Source of the DNA: Thermoplasmatota archaeon
Lineage (GTDB): Archaea > Thermoplasmatota > E2 > JACPAO01 > JAHFTW01
Direction: 5' to 3'
Assembly: GCA_041659985.1 (NCBI GenBank)
Contig: JBAZXE010000004.1
Span: 1 to 63,357, forward strand
DNA length: 63,357 bases
Made by a program: the position numbers and the translations under genes. The notes under the pieces are model-generated. The model saw only the letters and a program-made list of their open reading frames with translations, was not told the origin of the DNA and searched no databases. Positions 59,393-63,357 of this stretch are shown one piece after another (the first letter of the stretch is position 1; each line of letters starts with the position of its first letter).

Positions 59393-60913
59393 TCAGGCGA
59401 GTCGCGCCATCACCTGGGACAAGATGAGTTCCAGGCTGGAAAGCAGCATGGTCCAGGCCCCGATGAGGAACCCGACAATGCTGGCCACGGCGCCCGCGAG
59501 CCCCATGAATGTGCCCTGGTGCAGAAGCAGGCTGGTGTTGCGCAGCAGGATGCGCAGCGGCGCAATGGCCGCAAACGATAGCAGGCCGAACGTCGCGATC
59601 TGCAGCAACGCCACGAAGAGGAGGACTTGGCCCGACGCGGTCCCGGACAGGACGCTGAGGCCGAACACGGCGCGCAGCTCCAGGTCCCACAGGAAGAAAA
59701 CGAGGAGGAAGGCTAGCGGGGACGCCACCCATCCGATCCACTTGTAGCGGTCCCAGGTGGGATGGGTCTTGTCGGGCTTGCGCACGAGCCGGACAATCCA
59801 CACCGTCAAGGCGGCAATCCACAGCAGCCAACCCCACCACGGCAGGGCGAAGAACCCGAATCCGAGCAATGGTTGCGCTCCCTCGACGTGCCCGTCGCGG
59901 ACGTCCAGGGTCGCCTGGCCGGACCATTCGAGGCCCCCGCTGGAGGTTCCGTCAACGTCAAGCCGCGTGGTGCGCGCGAAGGCCAGTTCCTGGCTGGCTT
60001 GCGAAGAGTTGCCATCGGTTGGAAGGCTGATGACGGCGCCGCCGAACAGCGCAGCCACCGCGTCCTGGTAGGGACCGAAGGCGCCTTCGTCGACCTCGTC
60101 GGCCTGGGTGGCCTCGTCCTGGTTGGCAGAGTAGAGGAGCCCCATGAGGCGGTTCATGCGCGCGATGTCGAGTCCCACGACGGCGTCGTCCCGGTCCGCC
60201 GTTTCGAAGTGGGCCGTGGCCTCGCGTCCTTCAAACGGAATCACCACGAGGTCCGCTTCGATGGGCGCAATGGCCGGGCGTCCGGCGAAGGTCACAGGGT
60301 CGACCTTTCCGGTCAACGAGGCGCGTTGCGCGCCGCCGTCGCGCACTTCGACCACGGTGCCCGAATCGGTGGCTGCGAGGGCGCCGCCGTTTTGGGAGGT
60401 CGGGTCGAGGATGACGGACGAGGGAATGTCGGCGATCGTGGTGAAGTCGACTTCGCCTCCGACGGCGGGGGCCAGAAGCGACTTGCCAAGCTGGAGGGAG
60501 TTGAGGTCGCCCGTCTCACCGAGGTCGACGAACATTGCCAGGGCATGGTTGGCCGTGAGGGTTGCCCCGGCGGCCGCAGGGAACTGCACACCGAAGGAGC
60601 CGCCGGGCAGGACGCGGATGGACAGCGCGCCGGCCGCCGAGTCGGCGCACTGCCGGATTGTGGCGGTCCAGCAGACTCGGGTCAGCCCAGTAATCTCAGC
60701 GCCTTCCGTGGCGAAGAAGCCCCAGGTCCCGTCCCCTTCTGCGACCCCGGCATCCATTTGGCCGGAGACCATGGTGATTCGCGACCCGCCAAGGCCCGGC
60801 AGGTAGCCAAACGTTGCCTCGTAAGGACGCGGGCTGTTGAAAGCGGCCTCCGCGCTGGGGAGGACCGTCAGGGCCAGCATGAGGGCCGTCGAAGCCAGAA
60901 GCAGCACTCGCAC
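59393..60913 (-). CDS. Secreted-domain plus C-terminal polytopic membrane protein, unknown family (paralog of 62347..63357)
   Basis: GTG 60913 inside ORF 59393..61465 (VRVLLLASTALMLALTVLPSAEA signal). The C-terminal TM region shares WDRYKWIGW and QGTFMGLAG with the paralog. Confidence 0.7.
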   Translation of the reverse strand: MRVLLLASTALMLALTVLPSAEAAFNSPRPYEATFGYLPGLGGSRITMVSGQMDAGVAEGDGTWGFFATEGAEITGLTRVCWTATIRQCADSAAGALSIRVLPGGSFGVQFPAAAGATLTANHALAMFVDLGETGDLNSLQLGKSLLAPAVGGEVDFTTIADIPSSVILDPTSQNGGALAATDSGTVVEVRDGGAQRASLTGKVDPVTFAGRPAIAPIEADLVVIPFEGREATAHFETADRDDAVVGLDIARMNRLMGLLYSANQDEATQADEVDEGAFGPYQDAVAALFGGAVISLPTDGNSSQASQELAFARTTRLDVDGTSSGGLEWSGQATLDVRDGHVEGAQPLLGFGFFALPWWGWLLWIAALTVWIVRLVRKPDKTHPTWDRYKWIGWVASPLAFLLVFFLWDLELRAVFGLSVLSGTASGQVLLFVALLQIATFGLLSFAAIAPLRILLRNTSLLLHQGTFMGLAGAVASIVGFLIGAWTMLLSSLELILSQVMARLA

Positions 60914-60939
60914 GGCGCGACCATTGCGGCTCAGGCTTA

Positions 60940-62313
60940 TTATCGGACGAGGTCGGCCACGGCGTCGCGCTCGACGGGGAGGCGACGAGTCAGGTTGCGG
61001 TGGCCATCTCCAGTGACCACCAAGTCGTCCTCGATGCGGATGCCAATGCCCACGGTCTTGGGCGGGCAGTCGGCGAAGTCCGGATTGAAGTAGAGGCCGG
61101 GCTCGACGGTGAGGCACATGCCTTCCTGCAGGACGCGCGGCTTGCCGTCGGCGCCGTTGGGACTTCCGGCGTCGTGGACATCGAGCCCGAGCCAATGGCT
61201 GGTTCCATGCATGAAGAAACGCCGGTACGTCTGTTCCTTGATGGCGTGCTCGAATGATCCGTCCAGGAACCCGTGGTCCAGCAGCCCAGCCGTGATGACG
61301 TCGACGGCCTTGAGGTGCGGGGCGCGAAACGGCTTGCCGGGCTGGACCTCGCGCATCGCCGCCTTCTGCGCCGCCGCGACGAGGTCGTACACGTCCCCCT
61401 GCATGCGCGAGAAGGCGCCGCCGACCGGATAGGTGCGCGTGATGTCGGAGGTGTACCAGCCCCACTCGCAGCCGGCGTCGATGAGGAACAGGCTGCCTTT
61501 GCGCAGGCGGTCGCGGTTCGTGACGTAGTGCAGAACGGCGGCGTTTGGACCGCAGCCACAGATGGAGGGGTAGCCGACGCCCGTCGAGCCGGCCGAGCGG
61601 GCGTGTTCGGCGAAGGCGGCCTCGACGGCGGACTCGCGCCCACCGGGCTTGATGCGAGCCGCCGAGTCGAGGTGGGCTTGCACGCCGAGGTCGCAGGCGG
61701 CCTTGAGCAGTCGCAGCTCTTCGGGTTCCTTGACGAGGCGCATCTCATGCAGCAAGTCGCGCCCATGGTTCGTGGTCGGCGCCCGCTTGCCGCGCAGCAG
61801 AGCGCTCTCCGGACCTCCGACCTTGACGGCGACCGGGTTCGGCAGCAGCCGGTTGCCGGCGGCCCGCACGATGCGACGGCGCACGGCGGGGTCGTGGTCC
61901 GCCACGGCGTGCACTTTGGCCTTGCCGAAGACCGCCGGGAGTTTGGCCGCGAGGTCCTCGAAGGAATGCGCGCGGTCGATGCCGAGGGCCGACGGGGCGC
62001 GCTCGACGCCGAGGCGGCGGCCGGTCCAGATTTCCGCTTCCTTGCGCCGCGGCTGGACGAAGAGATCCGTCGCGCCGGAGCCGCCGTGCAGCACCAGGAC
62101 GGCGCGCGGCTCGTCGAAACCGGTCAGGTACCAGAAATCGGAATGCGGACGGTACAGGTACTCGACGTCATTGGAGTACTGCTTGGGCGTGTGCGTCGCC
62201 ACGACGAGAACATGCCCCGCACCGAGACGGCGCGCCAGCAGACGGCGACGGCGACGGTACACGTCGAGCGGCAGCTGCGGCGCCGGGCCGACATTGAGGT
62301 CCGCGAAGTTCAC
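60940..62313 (-). CDS. pepP: Xaa-Pro aminopeptidase (M24B)
   Basis: YRPHSDFWYLTGF, LIDAGCEWGWYTSDITRT, HGTSHWLGLDVHD, VEPGLY, GIGIRIEDD. Confidence 0.9.
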   Translation of the reverse strand: MNFADLNVGPAPQLPLDVYRRRRRLLARRLGAGHVLVVATHTPKQYSNDVEYLYRPHSDFWYLTGFDEPRAVLVLHGGSGATDLFVQPRRKEAEIWTGRRLGVERAPSALGIDRAHSFEDLAAKLPAVFGKAKVHAVADHDPAVRRRIVRAAGNRLLPNPVAVKVGGPESALLRGKRAPTTNHGRDLLHEMRLVKEPEELRLLKAACDLGVQAHLDSAARIKPGGRESAVEAAFAEHARSAGSTGVGYPSICGCGPNAAVLHYVTNRDRLRKGSLFLIDAGCEWGWYTSDITRTYPVGGAFSRMQGDVYDLVAAAQKAAMREVQPGKPFRAPHLKAVDVITAGLLDHGFLDGSFEHAIKEQTYRRFFMHGTSHWLGLDVHDAGSPNGADGKPRVLQEGMCLTVEPGLYFNPDFADCPPKTVGIGIRIEDDLVVTGDGHRNLTRRLPVERDAVADLVR

Positions 62314-62346
62314 GGACGGGCAGCGCCCTGGGCCTTTGAAAGCACG

Positions 62347-63357
62347 CTATTGCACCAGGCGCAATGCGAGGTCGACGAACCCGAGCAGCAGTTGCGTGCC
62401 GGCCAGGATTCCGACGAGGCTGGCCAGCGGCCCGGCCAAGCCCATGAACGTTCCCTGTTGAGCCCCCCGGAACAGCCGCGAGGCCAGAAGCCGGGCGGGC
62501 AGGACCACCATGAGAAGCATGGCCGCGAGGGTGCCTGCTTCGATGGCGCCGACCAGGAGGCGCGAATTGGTGTCGAGTCCGGCGCTGGTCGCATCCACAC
62601 CGAGGACCTTGCCGAAGTTCAGGTGCCACACCAGGGCCAGGGCCGTCCATGCGATGGCCCCTGCGACGCGCCCAATCCACTGCAGCCGGTCCCATCGCTC
62701 ACTGTGTTTGGGCGCATGCGTGACGGCGGTGATGACGATGGCGACGAGGGCGGCGCCCCATAGGAAGTAGCTCCACAACGGCATGCCGAAGTAGCGGTTG
62801 CCCACGAACTCCGGCGAGCCCTGCACGGTCCCTTGCTGGATGACCAGGGGTCCGCTGCCGTTGCTCGCCGGGGCGCCGGGGTAGAGGGCAGCCCGGAAGG
62901 ATTCGAAGCGCACGAAGGTCAGGTTTGCGATGCGGAACTCGGCGGCGTTGGCGACCAGCGGCAGATCGAGGAAGATGCCATCGGCGACCGGGTTGAGAAG
63001 TCCGGCCCACGGACCAAGATCGAAGAGGGGCGACGCGGAGCCTTGCGCTACCTCAACCAACGCCAGGATGGACGCGGACGCGGCGGTGAGGTCCGCCGTC
63101 ACGCCGCGGTCCAGGACCTGGACATCGCAGCGCACCGGGCAGGGGAGCACGAACGCCTCGGCCTTTACCGGGTCCACGCGGAGGGTTCCCTGCAGCAGCA
63201 CACCGCCGTAGCCGGTCACCGTGTGCACGACGCGTCCGGCGTCCACGAGCTCCATGCTGGAGTTTTCCGTCAAGGTCGCGAGGACGGCGCCGTCCTCGTC
63301 GGTGGGGTCCGGCGCCTGGAAGAAACCGGCCACGAGACCGGGCAGGCCAGGCGGGGA
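62347..63357 (-). CDS. Paralog of 59393..60913; 5' end runs off the window
   Basis: ORF 62347..63333 continues in frame without a stop to 63357. Shares WDRLQWIGR and QGTFMGLAG and the C-terminal TM topology. Confidence 0.65.
   Translation of the reverse strand, partial: SPPGLPGLVAGFFQAPDPTDEDGAVLATLTENSSMELVDAGRVVHTVTGYGGVLLQGTLRVDPVKAEAFVLPCPVRCDVQVLDRGVTADLTAASASILALVEVAQGSASPLFDLGPWAGLLNPVADGIFLDLPLVANAAEFRIANLTFVRFESFRAALYPGAPASNGSGPLVIQQGTVQGSPEFVGNRYFGMPLWSYFLWGAALVAIVITAVTHAPKHSERWDRLQWIGRVAGAIAWTALALVWHLNFGKVLGVDATSAGLDTNSRLLVGAIEAGTLAAMLLMVVLPARLLASRLFRGAQQGTFMGLAGPLASLVGILAGTQLLLGFVDLALRLVQ

Noticed and set aside
59762-62763. + strand ORFs 59762..61093 (443 aa) and 61273..62763 (496 aa)
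   Set aside because: They are antisense to the membrane paralog and to pepP. No motifs.
1-63357. Haloarchaeal origin (suggested by high GC, the HTH_10 regulator, halocyanin-like protein and lipoboxes)
   Set aside because: Housekeeping proteins here (icd, rpl11, atpD, HU) are Lys-rich rather than strongly acidic, and a bacterial-type HU is present. A Thermoplasmatota-like lineage fits better. This remains unverified.
1-63357. The 7-mer CCTATCG seen at about seven places (for example 34861, 42311, and inverted at 42338) as a general motif
   Set aside because: A 7-mer is expected several times by chance in 2 x 63 kb. Only the 12-16-nt extended form (three copies, all in the copper island) is statistically meaningful.
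1-63357. CRISPR arrays, IS elements, integrases or transposases
   Set aside because: I noticed no regularly spaced short repeats and no recombinase or transposase-like ORF. The only repeats found are the 145-bp pair and the short motifs reported above.

Overview
This is a GC-rich archaeal chromosome segment. From hand counts of sampled 60-nt lines, most lines are about 62-72% GC. Archaeal markers are TFB, PurP, Nep1, diphthine synthase, Trm5, A/V-ATPase subunit D, archaeal-type L11 and an Lhr helicase. A bacterial-type HU gene and lysine-rich (not acidic) proteins point to a Thermoplasmatota-like euryarchaeon rather than a haloarchaeon; this is inference only.

The window is densely coded on both strands. 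GTG/TTG starts and 4- or 8-nt stop/start overlaps are common. At least nine proteins carry a lipobox.

Main blocks:
1. About 0.9-11.4 kb: a copper island with three two-domain multicopper oxidases of two architectures, two cupredoxins, a BoxB-like diiron oxygenase, DUF2892, His/Met-rich small proteins, and ArsR and HTH_10 regulators.
2. 11.6-16.5 kb: a four-gene envelope-sensing module bracketed by a 145-bp imperfect direct repeat.
3. 16.6-25 kb: a sulfide/persulfide oxidation island (SQR, TusA, DsrE, persulfide dioxygenase-rhodanese fusion, thioredoxin, rhodaneses, TauE exporter) with a TFB gene and OsmC at its 3' end.
4. A second copy of the His/Met-rich plus small-membrane-protein cassette next to a YHS/TRASH gene.
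5. Housekeeping genes (amt, icd, purP, nep1, atpD, rpl11, dphB, trm5, lhr, pepP) interspersed with many secreted or lipoproteins of unknown function.

I saw no rRNA, tRNA or CRISPR array.

All homology calls come from motif recognition by eye and memory of the families, not from searches. Start codons are often uncertain by tens of nucleotides.
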